Counted from the first letter of the stretch, positions 18,155 to 26,403 are shown. The stretch is DNA of 64,000 bases from Patescibacteria group bacterium (GCA_021731295.1 JAKFXQ010000001.1:1636-65635); one strand, 5' to 3'. The notes: generated by a model from the letters alone, not told the origin. Translations and numbers: made by a program.

Positions 18155-18193
18155 GCTCGAATCGAGAAGCCGGAAAGGTGCACGTAAACATAT

Positions 18194-18265
18194 TCCCCGG
18201 TAGCTCAATGGTTGAGCACCTCGCTGTTAACGAGGGGGCTGTAGGTTCGAGTCCTACCCGGGGAG
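18194..18265 (+). tRNA. tRNA-Asn (anticodon GUU)
   Basis: Acceptor UCCCCGG/CCGGGGA, D-arm GCUC-AAUGGUU-GAGC, anticodon loop CUGUUAA, T-arm GUAGGTTCGAGTCCTAC, discriminator G. CCA not encoded. Confidence 0.85.
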
Positions 18266-18276
18266 CAGATTAATCT

Positions 18277-18313
18277 TGTGGAACTGACCCGGTCCCGTCA
18301 GGCGGGGTCAGTT
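18277..18313 (+). terminator. 11-bp stem hairpin between tRNA-Asn and the convergent 196-aa gene (no U-tract)
   Basis: ggaactgaccc-ggtcccgtcaggcg-gggtcagttcc. Confidence 0.35.
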
Positions 18314-18329
18314 CCGGAACACAAAAGAC

Positions 18330-18920
18330 TTAGAAGGGTTTGTTGACTAGCAGTGTGTGAATCATCGGCGCGAGTTGCGTGATGAGCTGCGCAAAACCCT
18401 GAACATCGGCAAGACCTTGTATCGTTTTCCACGCCGCGCTAATAATGTTGCGGTTGGGCTTTGTTTTTCCAATCTGACTTGCGAGAGCCTCAACGTCTGA
18501 TTTGTAGTCGCTCTTTGCCTCGGGCGTGAGCCTCGTCGTTTTCTCAATTTTCTCAAAAAGCTCCGATAAAGAAGCATCGAGATTCACGACCGATTGGTTG
18601 ACGGTCGACCGATCGCCGAAAGAAAGGTTATGAATCGGTGAATTGGTGATGTTGAGGGTCCTCTTATCGATCTTCACGTTCTTTGTGCTGTTGACCTGCG
18701 TTATCGTCTGGACAGAAGCTAGAGACCGTCGATCTTCAGGGTCGAGTTTTGGCATGATGGAAGTGCCATGGCTCTCTGCGTACAGTTGTGCTGCCGCGTT
18801 TGGTGTTAGCCCGCTATGCTTTCGACGAAGTTCTGAGAGGCGCGGCCTGATTTTCTCCGGCGTCTTCCCGGTACGTTCCTTCAATATCCGCAAAATGTCA
18901 GAATTGAGCTTGTCGGCCAT
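18330..18920 (-). CDS. hypothetical protein (196 aa), last gene of the tandem-HTH operon
   Basis: MADKLNSDILRILKERTGKTPEKIRPRLSELRR...; no recognisable domain. Start lies 2 nt after the stop of the preceding HTH gene; lower GC than the flanks. Confidence 0.55.
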   Translation of the reverse strand: MADKLNSDILRILKERTGKTPEKIRPRLSELRRKHSGLTPNAAAQLYAESHGTSIMPKLDPEDRRSLASVQTITQVNSTKNVKIDKRTLNITNSPIHNLSFGDRSTVNQSVVNLDASLSELFEKIEKTTRLTPEAKSDYKSDVEALASQIGKTKPNRNIISAAWKTIQGLADVQGFAQLITQLAPMIHTLLVNKPF

Positions 18921-18922
18921 GG

Positions 18923-19093
18923 TTATTTCTTGCCTTTCTTCGGGGAAAGGATACGGCTCACAATTGCAGGATCGACCCCTAACACATCTGCAATACGTCT
19001 ACCCTGCACCCCTTGATGATTCAGTCCGAGGACGAGAAGACGCTTAATCTGCTCAAGAAGCTCCACCTGTCCTTGTTCGTTCATTTTTGCCAT
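18923..19093 (-). CDS. small HTH protein, paralog 1 (56 aa)
   Basis: MAKMNEQGQVELLEQIKRLLVLGLNHQGVQGRRIADVLGVDPAIVSRILSPKKGKK; complete ORF below the 60-aa cutoff; 3-nt gap to the next gene. Confidence 0.55.
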   Translation of the reverse strand: MAKMNEQGQVELLEQIKRLLVLGLNHQGVQGRRIADVLGVDPAIVSRILSPKKGKK

Positions 19094-19096
19094 ATA

Positions 19097-19276
19097 TTAT
19101 TGTGGTTTTTTAGTGCCTTTTAGAAAGGCGTTTACCATTGCGGTATTCATCTTCACTTTCTTTCCGATCTCTGCCTGTGGCACGCCGAGCTTAAAAAGCT
19201 CCAGGATGAGGAGTTTTTTAAGAAGACCTACGTCTCCTTCCTGGGCGTCACCTGTGGATTTAGTATTCTTCGCCAT
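19097..19276 (-). CDS. small HTH protein, paralog 2 (59 aa)
   Basis: MAKNTKSTGDAQEGDVGLLKKLLILELFKLGVPQAEIGKKVKMNTAMVNAFLKGTKKPQ; hand-translated and frame-checked (180 nt). Confidence 0.55.
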   Translation of the reverse strand: MAKNTKSTGDAQEGDVGLLKKLLILELFKLGVPQAEIGKKVKMNTAMVNAFLKGTKKPQ

Positions 19277-19278
19277 AA

Positions 19279-19485
19279 TTATTTTTTCTTACTTTTAATG
19301 CGACTTTTTAAAACCGAGACCGTGCCCGGCGTAGCGCCGAGTATCTCGGCTATCTCTCCCGTTGAAAGTCCAAGGCGAGAAAGGCGTGCCACACCGTCCT
19401 GCACACTCTCGTCACCTTTTAACTGCAACGCGATGAGTGCGCTTAACTTTCGGGATATTTCTTTCAGTAGTTCGGTTTCGTTCAT
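19279..19485 (-). CDS. small HTH protein, paralog 3 (68 aa), sigma70-region-4-like
   Basis: ...LSRLGLSTGEIAEILGATPGTVSVLKSRIKSKKK resembles sigma70 region 4.2 / LuxR-type HTH. Confidence 0.6.
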   Translation of the reverse strand: MNETELLKEISRKLSALIALQLKGDESVQDGVARLSRLGLSTGEIAEILGATPGTVSVLKSRIKSKKK

Positions 19486-19488
19486 ACC

Positions 19489-19722
19489 TTACTTTTTGGC
19501 AGCGCGTCTTATAGCAACCAGTTCTTTATTAATATGGCCTGAGGTCTTGCCAACAATCGCCGCAATCTCAACCGGGCGCACACCAAGACCGTCAAGAATC
19601 GCGATTTGCTCCTTAAGAGGAAGACCCGCGGTGTCCCGTGACACTGAACGCAGGAGAAGAGCTATTACCACTTCCATTTTTTTGTTAAGCTCGACGAGCT
19701 GTTCAAATTCTGATGTAGTCAT
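19489..19722 (-). CDS. small HTH protein, paralog 4 (77 aa), first gene of the operon
   Basis: ...LDGLGVRPVEIAAIVGKTSGHINKELVAIRRAAKK; promoter immediately upstream. Confidence 0.6.
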   Translation of the reverse strand: MTTSEFEQLVELNKKMEVVIALLLRSVSRDTAGLPLKEQIAILDGLGVRPVEIAAIVGKTSGHINKELVAIRRAAKK

Positions 19723-19752
19723 AATGAGTAAGTATGTTAACTGTACTATCCC

Positions 19753-19780
19753 ATTATCCTATCTGAATCAGGCCTGTCAA
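19753..19780 (-). promoter_or_regulatory. near-consensus sigma70 promoter (TTGACA-16-GATAAT) for the HTH operon
   Basis: Minus strand cttgacaggcctgattcagataggataatggg, about 30 nt upstream of the ATG at 19722. Confidence 0.6.
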
Positions 19781-19898
19781 GCAGTTTTGTTAAGATACCA
19801 GGGCTCAAAGTGACCTGTCCCCGTCCAAAATACCTTAACAAAGTCGCCAAAGAACCCTTGTGGTGCTTGGAGACCCAAAGTTGACGACCTGTGTGGGG

Positions 19899-19926
19899 AG
19901 CCAACGCCGGAACGACCGCACACATG
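19899..19926. repeat. perfect 12-bp-arm palindrome gaacgaccgcac-acat-gtgcggtcgttc
   Basis: Direct reading; no adjacent U-tract on either strand, so it is not a classic terminator; candidate operator or recombination site. Confidence 0.6.
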
Positions 19927-20056
19927 TGCGGTCGTTCTGCGTTAGCGCTCCCTTTCGGCAGGACTCGAACTCCGAAGATATGTCTGCCGATTTCGCTCGA
20001 CACGGACATCACATTTTGGCACTATCGAATCTGCGAAGCGCTAGCGGAGGTATCGA

Positions 20057-20276
20057 CATGCGAATCGTTGCCATAGAGAGCAGTGCACTTTGGACTGGTG
20101 CTATCCAGGAAAGAATCTATCTGGATGTTCCAGAGGTGATGGACCTTCAGAAAGAAGAGGACAGCTGGTTCGCCGCGGGCGGCGGAACACCACGAGACTT
20201 CGCGAATTTCTTAATCGCGAAGGGCGCGCAAGAGTTCACGACTATTGAGACTTGGAACATCAACTACCAGTCGTGA
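20057..20276 (+). CDS. hypothetical small protein (73 aa) with strong SD and terminator
   Basis: GGAGGT SD 7 nt upstream of ATG (MRIVAIESSALWTGAIQERIYLDVPEVMDLQKEEDSWFAAGGG...); rho-independent terminator follows. Confidence 0.6.
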
Positions 20277-20299
20277 CGCTTCTGCCGGCAGGACACAAT

Positions 20300-20331
20300 G
20301 GGCCGCCCCGTCTGGGGCGGCTCTGTTTTTT
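20300..20331 (+). terminator. rho-independent terminator
   Basis: GCCGCCCC-gtct-GGGGCGGC followed by tctgtttttt. Confidence 0.75.
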
Positions 20332-20361
20332 GGGCCGCGGCACGAGGTGTACACTAACCCC

Positions 20362-20700
20362 ATGTGGATGAGTACTCGCCCGCTTCTGCTCGGCACTGCC
20401 TTCGCACTCCCCTTTTTCATTGCAAACGTGCTGGTCGCGATGCACTCACCCCTTTTCCTTTCCCTCATACGCCCGTCGGGAGAAAGCTCGGGGGGCGAAC
20501 AGATTCTCGTACTCGTACTCATCGCACTCGTCGGCATTGGTGGATTGTTTGCACTCTTGCCCCTGGTGAGCGAACGGAAGTTCTACACAGTGAATGCATT
20601 GGTAGGCATAACGATGATTCTTTTCGCAATCTTCGCTGGCTACGGACTCGGTGAAGATGTCTACCACTGCAACATCCTGCAAATCCCAAATTGTGATTGA
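20362..20700 (+). CDS. hypothetical small membrane protein (about 3 TM)
   Basis: MWMSTRPLLLGTAFALPFFIANVLVAM...; trimmed from ORF 20245. Confidence 0.4.
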   Translation: MWMSTRPLLLGTAFALPFFIANVLVAMHSPLFLSLIRPSGESSGGEQILVLVLIALVGIGGLFALLPLVSERKFYTVNALVGITMILFAIFAGYGLGEDVYHCNILQIPNCD

Positions 20701-20726
20701 ACCATCGGACGGCGAAAATAAGACGC

Positions 20727-21254
20727 ATGTCATCTAAGGCACTCGGTCTCAAGCGTGGGTCTGTACAACTGCATCCGTATGCAAAGCAATGGGCCGCGGA
20801 GTTTGAGCGTGAAAGGAACCGGCTGCTCACCAAGCTTGGCAATCTCGTCGTGGATATACAGCATATCGGCAGTACATCGGTCCCGGGTCTTTCTGCAAAA
20901 CCCATTCTCGATATTTCTGCAGGGGTGAGGCGATTTAAGGATGCAAGCAAACTCACGAGCTCGTTGCGCGAACTGGGCTATAGTTTTGATCGCTCGTTCC
21001 AGCACCAACTTTTTTTTGCAAAAGGCCCTGATGCAAACCGTACTCACTATCTGCACGTCATGCGGTACAAGGGTGCGAAATGGTGCAGTGATGCATTATT
21101 TCGCAACTACCTAATACAGCATCCTCGTCGAGCGAAGGAGTACGCCCAACTGAAAACACGTCTCGCCAAACAATTTCCGCACGAGAGACAAAAGTACACA
21201 GACGGAAAGAATGCATTTATTAAAGAAACGATTCGGATGGCGAGAGGTACATAA
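20727..21254 (+). CDS. GrpB-family (UPF0157) nucleotidyltransferase-fold protein
   Basis: VQLHPYAKQWAAEFERERNRLLTKLGNLVVDIQHIGSTSVPGLSAKPILDI matches the GrpB pattern. Confidence 0.65.
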   Translation: MSSKALGLKRGSVQLHPYAKQWAAEFERERNRLLTKLGNLVVDIQHIGSTSVPGLSAKPILDISAGVRRFKDASKLTSSLRELGYSFDRSFQHQLFFAKGPDANRTHYLHVMRYKGAKWCSDALFRNYLIQHPRRAKEYAQLKTRLAKQFPHERQKYTDGKNAFIKETIRMARGT

Positions 21255-21293
21255 CGCTGACGTTCTGTGCCGCCCAAGATATACTGCCCCTGC

Positions 21294-21896
21294 ATGACAA
21301 TACTTCTCACCTCACTGTTCAATGCCGTCGGCGACAAAGTCGCGAGTTACATACCTGAACACGCGACGGTCGCGTTCATTCCTACAGCGGCGGATGTCTA
21401 TGACACGAAACCTTGGATGGAAGCTGACCGCCTCAAGCTTCAGGAACTTGGGCTAGCAGTCGAGGACTACGATATCAAAAATAAAACGAGCGAGTTGATA
21501 TACGCTGAACTTCGCGAGAAAGCTGTCATCTTTGTTTCCGGTGGTAACTCGTTTTACCTTCTGAAGCACGCACGAGCGAGTGGTTTTGATACGGCAGTAA
21601 AGAAACTCGTAGCAGAAGGAAAAATCTATATAGGCTCCAGCGCTGGCTCAATTCTGCTGGGACCCACCATCGAGCCCGTCATGGCGCTTGATAATTCAGA
21701 ACAGGCGGGAACACTGGATTCATACGTTGGTCTCGGTATCGTCGATTTTGTCGTGCTTCCCCATTATGGGAAGGAGAAATATGCACAGCGATACGAGGCG
21801 ATTATTCGGGAGTGGTCCGACAAGGTGTCGCTCAAACCTCTTTCGGATTCTCAATTCATCGTGGTGGACCAGAACGGTTCGCATCTCGTCAGTTAG
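21294..21896 (+). CDS. peptidase S51 family (dipeptidase E / cyanophycinase-like)
   Basis: VIFVSGGNSFYLL and IYIGSSAGSILLG (nucleophile Ser in GxSAG) are typical of S51. Confidence 0.65.
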   Translation: MTILLTSLFNAVGDKVASYIPEHATVAFIPTAADVYDTKPWMEADRLKLQELGLAVEDYDIKNKTSELIYAELREKAVIFVSGGNSFYLLKHARASGFDTAVKKLVAEGKIYIGSSAGSILLGPTIEPVMALDNSEQAGTLDSYVGLGIVDFVVLPHYGKEKYAQRYEAIIREWSDKVSLKPLSDSQFIVVDQNGSHLVS

Positions 21897-21980
21897 CGAC
21901 GTGGCTCCCGCGCGCTCTTCTCGAATAAGTGACATGGTATAACGCGATGGGGCGAGTATCTTCAGAGCGAAGAGGACGAA

Positions 21981-22196
21981 ATGACCGATACGCACACGCA
22001 CCGATGGAAGTACAAGATGGGACAAGGGCGATGGTATCGATGTACCGACCGACACTGTCGTCAGTATGGAGATGCGTACGTGCCAGGACACAAAGGTAAG
22101 ATTGTCGCTGTCTTCTGTCGGCAACCTGACTGCGACCAGCCTGCGACGGTACTTTCCGGCACGGGTGTCTGGTGTGAACGACACGGAGGCTCTTGA
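21981..22196 (+). CDS. small Cys-rich (zinc-ribbon-like) protein, 71 aa
   Basis: CTDRHC...CRQPDC...C pattern; GAAGAGGA SD upstream; terminator downstream. Confidence 0.45.
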   Translation: MTDTHTHRWKYKMGQGRWYRCTDRHCRQYGDAYVPGHKGKIVAVFCRQPDCDQPATVLSGTGVWCERHGGS

Positions 22197-22224
22197 ACTG
22201 CGCCCATCGAATCCAACAAAGGAT

Positions 22225-22258
22225 ACCCGCCCGGCACTGACGTCGGGCGGGTCTTTTA
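22225..22258 (+). terminator. rho-independent terminator
   Basis: ACCCGCCCG-gcactgacgt-CGGGCGGGT followed by cttttagt. Confidence 0.65.
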
Positions 22259-22373
22259 GTGACGACTCTTGACGTGGCGTCTCCTCTACGGCACAGGCTA
22301 GTAATTGCGTACCATCCGTGTAAGCATGCGGGCCGTCTCTCGTCTGCAGAGACATACCAACACGAACAACTTC

Positions 22374-23801
22374 ATGCGAACTATACCAACCTCGATTACA
22401 AAACGTTCCGCAATTTTAGCAATAGGACTCGTTCTCGTAAGCGGGCTCTTTCTCTATACCCGACCCGTCGCGGCGGAAACGACATCGACGGACGCTCAGG
22501 GGCAGATTGCGTTACTACAGAAACTCATCAAGACACTGCAAGAACGGCTCGCTGTGCTACTTAACGGAAGTGCGGCGGAAAACAAGAGTGGTCACGACCA
22601 CGCCCTTCATGTGGGCCACACAGTCGGCACGACCGATACGCTTAAAGTGCGTGGCAATCCCAGCGTTAGCGGGGACTTACTCGCCGTGCTCAAACCGAAC
22701 ACTCGGGGTTCCGTTGTAGATGGGCCGAAAAGCGCGGATGGCTACGTGTGGTGGAAAATTGCGTATCCGTCTGTAACCGGATGGAGCGCGGCAAATTGGT
22801 TAAAGGCAGATGAACATGCCGAAGAACCAGGTACTGTCGCGGCGGATGATGGGCCCGATAACGATACCCCGAAACACGAACATAAAGATGAAGACACGGG
22901 CGATGCGCCGCCAGGTACTGTGTGGATTGGAGAGAACGCGAGCCAGAACGCACGCACCTTGCCCAATTCAAAGACAGTCGCGACATCCGCACCCTTCATA
23001 GAACTTTTCACTGGCAACACCGGCAAAGTCAATTTCCGCTTTGGTGTCTTCCATGCCGGCGTGGGCTTCCAAGAGCTCGGCTATCCGGCGCGCATTTGGG
23101 GCGATGGCAACGCACAAAACGGCCACGGCGGTCATTGGACTGCAGACCATGACATGAATTGCGGCACACCGGCAACACAGCGCCCGCTCTCTTCCTCTGC
23201 AAGTGACTTCAACATCGATGAGATATTTTTCCTCTGCAAAGACCACATCATGAGTTCGATGGGCGATGTCGATGGATATTCCATCGCATGGTTCTCGCCT
23301 AAGAACTCGTTCAGTCGTGCGACGCACAAGACGGTGTCGTGGGACGTGAATGTGACAGATCTCTTCGGTCGCCAGTGGTGGGAAGTGGCTATTGTGCCGA
23401 AAGGCGGTCACGTCGTCGCCACCATTGAATGGAATTCGCGTGGCGACCTCCTCCCCTACGACAACGCTTCGGTCATCATCGGAAACGGTCCGTTCGGCGG
23501 CGGGGTGAACATGATTACCAAGGGCGAGAATCATTACGAGGACTGGCGACCAATCTGTGATGGCGATTTCGCGCTCGACCCTGTTGGCTGCAAAGACAAA
23601 ATGATTCGCCGTCCGTTCTCAGTAATCGACAACGGGAATGGCACGCTCACCGTCAATTACGCCGGACTCTACACACAAACTATTCCCGGGAAATTCCCCG
23701 AGGAGTTCGATATTTATTTCACTGACCACAATTACACCCCAGACAAAGACGGCAAGCCTGTGGGACACACGTGGCACTGGGATTCAATACGTGTTGAGTA
23801 A
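22374..23801 (+). CDS. secreted/membrane-anchored protein with SH3b-like domain and large C-terminal domain of unknown function
   Basis: N-terminal TM anchor (AILAIGLVLVSGLFLYT); YVWWKIAYPSVTGWSAANWL resembles a bacterial SH3 domain. Remainder has no recognisable family. Confidence 0.5.
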   Translation: MRTIPTSITKRSAILAIGLVLVSGLFLYTRPVAAETTSTDAQGQIALLQKLIKTLQERLAVLLNGSAAENKSGHDHALHVGHTVGTTDTLKVRGNPSVSGDLLAVLKPNTRGSVVDGPKSADGYVWWKIAYPSVTGWSAANWLKADEHAEEPGTVAADDGPDNDTPKHEHKDEDTGDAPPGTVWIGENASQNARTLPNSKTVATSAPFIELFTGNTGKVNFRFGVFHAGVGFQELGYPARIWGDGNAQNGHGGHWTADHDMNCGTPATQRPLSSSASDFNIDEIFFLCKDHIMSSMGDVDGYSIAWFSPKNSFSRATHKTVSWDVNVTDLFGRQWWEVAIVPKGGHVVATIEWNSRGDLLPYDNASVIIGNGPFGGGVNMITKGENHYEDWRPICDGDFALDPVGCKDKMIRRPFSVIDNGNGTLTVNYAGLYTQTIPGKFPEEFDIYFTDHNYTPDKDGKPVGHTWHWDSIRVE

Positions 23802-23850
23802 TACCGTTGCGTCCGAAAATACGCAGTTACGCAACGTTATTTGTCGACGC

Positions 23851-24876
23851 CTACCAATTCTTCTGATCGATAATGGTGTATCGCTTTCTCCCCTCTTTGC
23901 CCTCGGACACTAGAATATTTTGAGAGGCGAAATCGGTCATACCATAGAGTCCTGCCGCGGCGAGGGCCTCTTGAAGCGCTTTCACAGACCCTGCTTCGAG
24001 GTCGGGAATATGCTTCGTCTTGTCGGGGACATAGAGTTCATGGCGAACTATCGGTTTCTCCAAATACTTCCGTGCAGTAGCGATGAGCTCCGCGTGTTCT
24101 TTTGGGTCGAAATATTCGGGTGCCATCATCCGCGCTATCACGTCGTTCGCCCAATTGACGGAATTTTTATCTTGACGCCTGACGACGCTTAGCGGCGTGC
24201 CCGTGACTCGTTGCATGAGGAGCCATTCGTGGTACTTCTTTACGCCTTCCTCTGTCTGCGTGGGCACTCGAATCAATGCATACATCGCACACGGTGCGAT
24301 GATGTTGCGCAAATCTTCCGGAGCGTTAAGCGAGCGCAGGTATAGTTCTCGCATGTGGAGATACTGCTTGTCCAACTGCTCTGCAGAGTCCTCATAATCG
24401 AACTTTCCCGTGCCCGTGCCTTTGATGGCCGCCGGTACCCCCATGAGCCCTCCCAATTCTTTACTGACTTGGTTCACCGTGCGAGCGCGGCGCGCTTGTG
24501 CAACATGCTTTGCGGGATCGAGTGAACGCTCGCCAAATGCGTCGGCTTTTAGACTTTCAATGTCCGCTTCAAACGCAGAGCGAATCGCTTTCCATCCGAC
24601 GGAACGCATATGCCGGTGCAGTTCGTTGGACAGGTATATTTCTATGCCGGGATTTCCCTTCGCATCCATCGCGACATAGCGTAGGTACTGCAAACGATCG
24701 TTTGCGAGCGTAATGAGCGTGGAACGCTCGCTGTCAGAAAACGCATCCGGTACACTACTGCCCCGCGTTGAGCGCAAAATTCGTTCTCCATTATTGAGCG
24801 GGAGGTTCTCCGGTATCTCTGGAGACGGGTGGGCCACGCGTTCGTTCATGGTACTTGAAATAGTATCACTCCCCAT
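23851..24876 (-). CDS. hypothetical protein with possible C-terminal kinase-like catalytic motifs
   Basis: C-terminus YGMTDFASQNILV...YTIIDQ resembles an HxD..N catalytic loop plus metal-binding Asp of protein-kinase-like folds. Weak and speculative. Confidence 0.4.
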   Translation of the reverse strand: MGSDTISSTMNERVAHPSPEIPENLPLNNGERILRSTRGSSVPDAFSDSERSTLITLANDRLQYLRYVAMDAKGNPGIEIYLSNELHRHMRSVGWKAIRSAFEADIESLKADAFGERSLDPAKHVAQARRARTVNQVSKELGGLMGVPAAIKGTGTGKFDYEDSAEQLDKQYLHMRELYLRSLNAPEDLRNIIAPCAMYALIRVPTQTEEGVKKYHEWLLMQRVTGTPLSVVRRQDKNSVNWANDVIARMMAPEYFDPKEHAELIATARKYLEKPIVRHELYVPDKTKHIPDLEAGSVKALQEALAAAGLYGMTDFASQNILVSEGKEGRKRYTIIDQKNW

Positions 24877-24911
24877 TCATCTACGGTGACACGCGGGCGT
24901 TTTACGGACAC

Positions 24912-25280
24912 TTACGCACGCAGTATCTTCTCCATCACTCTCCCCTTCGCGAGTTCGTCAATGAGTTTGTCTAGGTAGCGCATCTCGCGCATGACGGGGT
25001 CTTTGATGTCTTCCACACGAACGCCGCACACAACACCCGTGATGAGTTTCCGCGCAGGATTTAAGCGCGGTGCCTTGGCGAAGAACGTCTCAAAGTCCGC
25101 GCCCTTCTTAATCTGTGCCTCTATTCCCTTCTGTGTGTAGCCGGTGAGCCAACGGATGACCTCGTCTACTTCTTTCTTCGTACGCCCCTTCTTTTCAGCC
25201 TTCGCGACGTACAGTGGATAGACTTTGCCGAACACAATCGCGTAGACACGGCGCAGTGTCGCCTCATTGGGTTCTTTCAT
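24912..25280 (-). CDS. DUF2200-family protein
   Basis: [39 protein letters not shown] matches the conserved DUF2200 N-terminal block. Confidence 0.55.
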   Translation of the reverse strand: MKEPNEATLRRVYAIVFGKVYPLYVAKAEKKGRTKKEVDEVIRWLTGYTQKGIEAQIKKGADFETFFAKAPRLNPARKLITGVVCGVRVEDIKDPVMREMRYLDKLIDELAKGRVMEKILRA

Positions 25281-25365
25281 GCGGCCATCCTAACACAAGC
25301 ACCCATGGCACGGTGCTACACTATCGCTATAGGATTCTTAATTGGATTCTGCGAGTCCTCAACGT

Positions 25366-25845
25366 ATGAACGCGAAGTACATCATTGGCGGCATTGTATT
25401 CGTTGCCGTATCTGGTTTCGCGTATTACGCAATCTCGCCACTGTTTAGGAACGTGACCATAGACGAAGCGGCACCGGAGCCTGCAGAGCGGAGCTCGTCG
25501 GTGAACGGTGCAGAATCTTCCGTAGCTCTCGCTCCCGTCGTTGGCACGATAGGACATCCAGCTTCGGGAACTGCGCGCATTATTGAAACGGATGATGGTT
25601 CGTACGTTCGCTATGAAAACTTTGAGACGATAAATGGGCCTGATTTATACGTGTATCTTGCTAAAGACAAAGACGCGCGCGAGTTCGTGAACCTTGGGCT
25701 TATCAAAGCGACGCAAGGCAACATTAACTATGCCGTGCCCGATGGCATTGAGGTGCATGACTATCGGTACGTGCTCGTATGGTGTAAAGCATTCGGTGTT
25801 TTGTTTAACCATGCGGACTTGCACGCCTCACAGAACACGCAGTAA
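25366..25845 (+). CDS. DM13-domain protein, membrane-anchored
   Basis: N-terminal TM segment; GTARIIETDDGSYVRYENFETINGPDLYVYLA matches the DM13 domain pattern. Confidence 0.55.
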   Translation: MNAKYIIGGIVFVAVSGFAYYAISPLFRNVTIDEAAPEPAERSSSVNGAESSVALAPVVGTIGHPASGTARIIETDDGSYVRYENFETINGPDLYVYLAKDKDAREFVNLGLIKATQGNINYAVPDGIEVHDYRYVLVWCKAFGVLFNHADLHASQNTQ

Positions 25846-25945
25846 ATCGAGTGCACGCGCAGCCATGGCAAGCGCGACCAGACTTTACGTGCTAGGGTGC
25901 GGTTAGCGGGAAGAGTGGTTCTTCCCCTGACTAGGAGGTACGACC

Positions 25946-26287
25946 TTGAAAACGACAATCTCGCTTTCTATCGGCCAAGGCATCACGTCAGCACTCGCCG
26001 TCGCCGCGGTCACTTTCGGTGGCATGTGGCTCGGCCTCGGCTGGATGAGCCCCAGCGCTCACAAAGCCGCCGTAACCAAGGCAGTTGACGCCGCACTGGT
26101 TCCCGTCTGCGCGGAGCGCTTCATCGCCAAGCCTGGCGCTCTCGAAGCGTTCACAAAGACGCAGAGCTACAATCGTCAGGGCGTTCTCAATGAACACCTG
26201 CCGGCAGTTGGCGCCGCGTCAATGGGCTGGACCTTCAAGAACGAATGCATCGAAGCGATAGCCAAGCTGCAGACCGCCGCGAAGTAG
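25946..26287 (+). CDS. hypothetical secreted/membrane protein (TTG start)
   Basis: AGGAGG SD 7 nt upstream of TTG; hydrophobic N-terminus. Confidence 0.45.
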   Translation: MKTTISLSIGQGITSALAVAAVTFGGMWLGLGWMSPSAHKAAVTKAVDAALVPVCAERFIAKPGALEAFTKTQSYNRQGVLNEHLPAVGAASMGWTFKNECIEAIAKLQTAAK

Positions 26288-26403
26288 AAGCTCTGGCGTC
26301 GGGTCCCCTTCACCTCCCTGTGCCCGGAAAGTCATTCGTGATTTCCCGGGCATCAGTCTTGCCTCAAACTAGTCACTCTCCAGAATTCTGTAATAATGAC
26401 GTC

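Noticed and set aside
18127-18180. Possible pseudo-tRNA upstream of tRNA-Asn
   Set aside because: Only the 13-nt D-arm segment matches. The sequence after it (atcc...) cannot close the D stem, and there is no anticodon or T arm. Kept only as a finding about a partial duplication.
19940-19975. Minus-strand motif ggagttcgagtcc, resembling a tRNA T-arm, inside the islet; considered as a tRNA or att-site remnant
   Set aside because: The flanking 5-nt arms (cggag / cctgc) do not pair and no acceptor, D or anticodon arms can be built. Orientation is opposite to tRNA-Asn, so it is not a direct repeat of its 3' end.
21720-22355. 211-aa minus-strand ORF overlapping pepE, the zinc-ribbon gene and a terminator
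   Set aside because: Antisense to three well-supported plus-strand features, including a plus-strand terminator. No SD and no domain.
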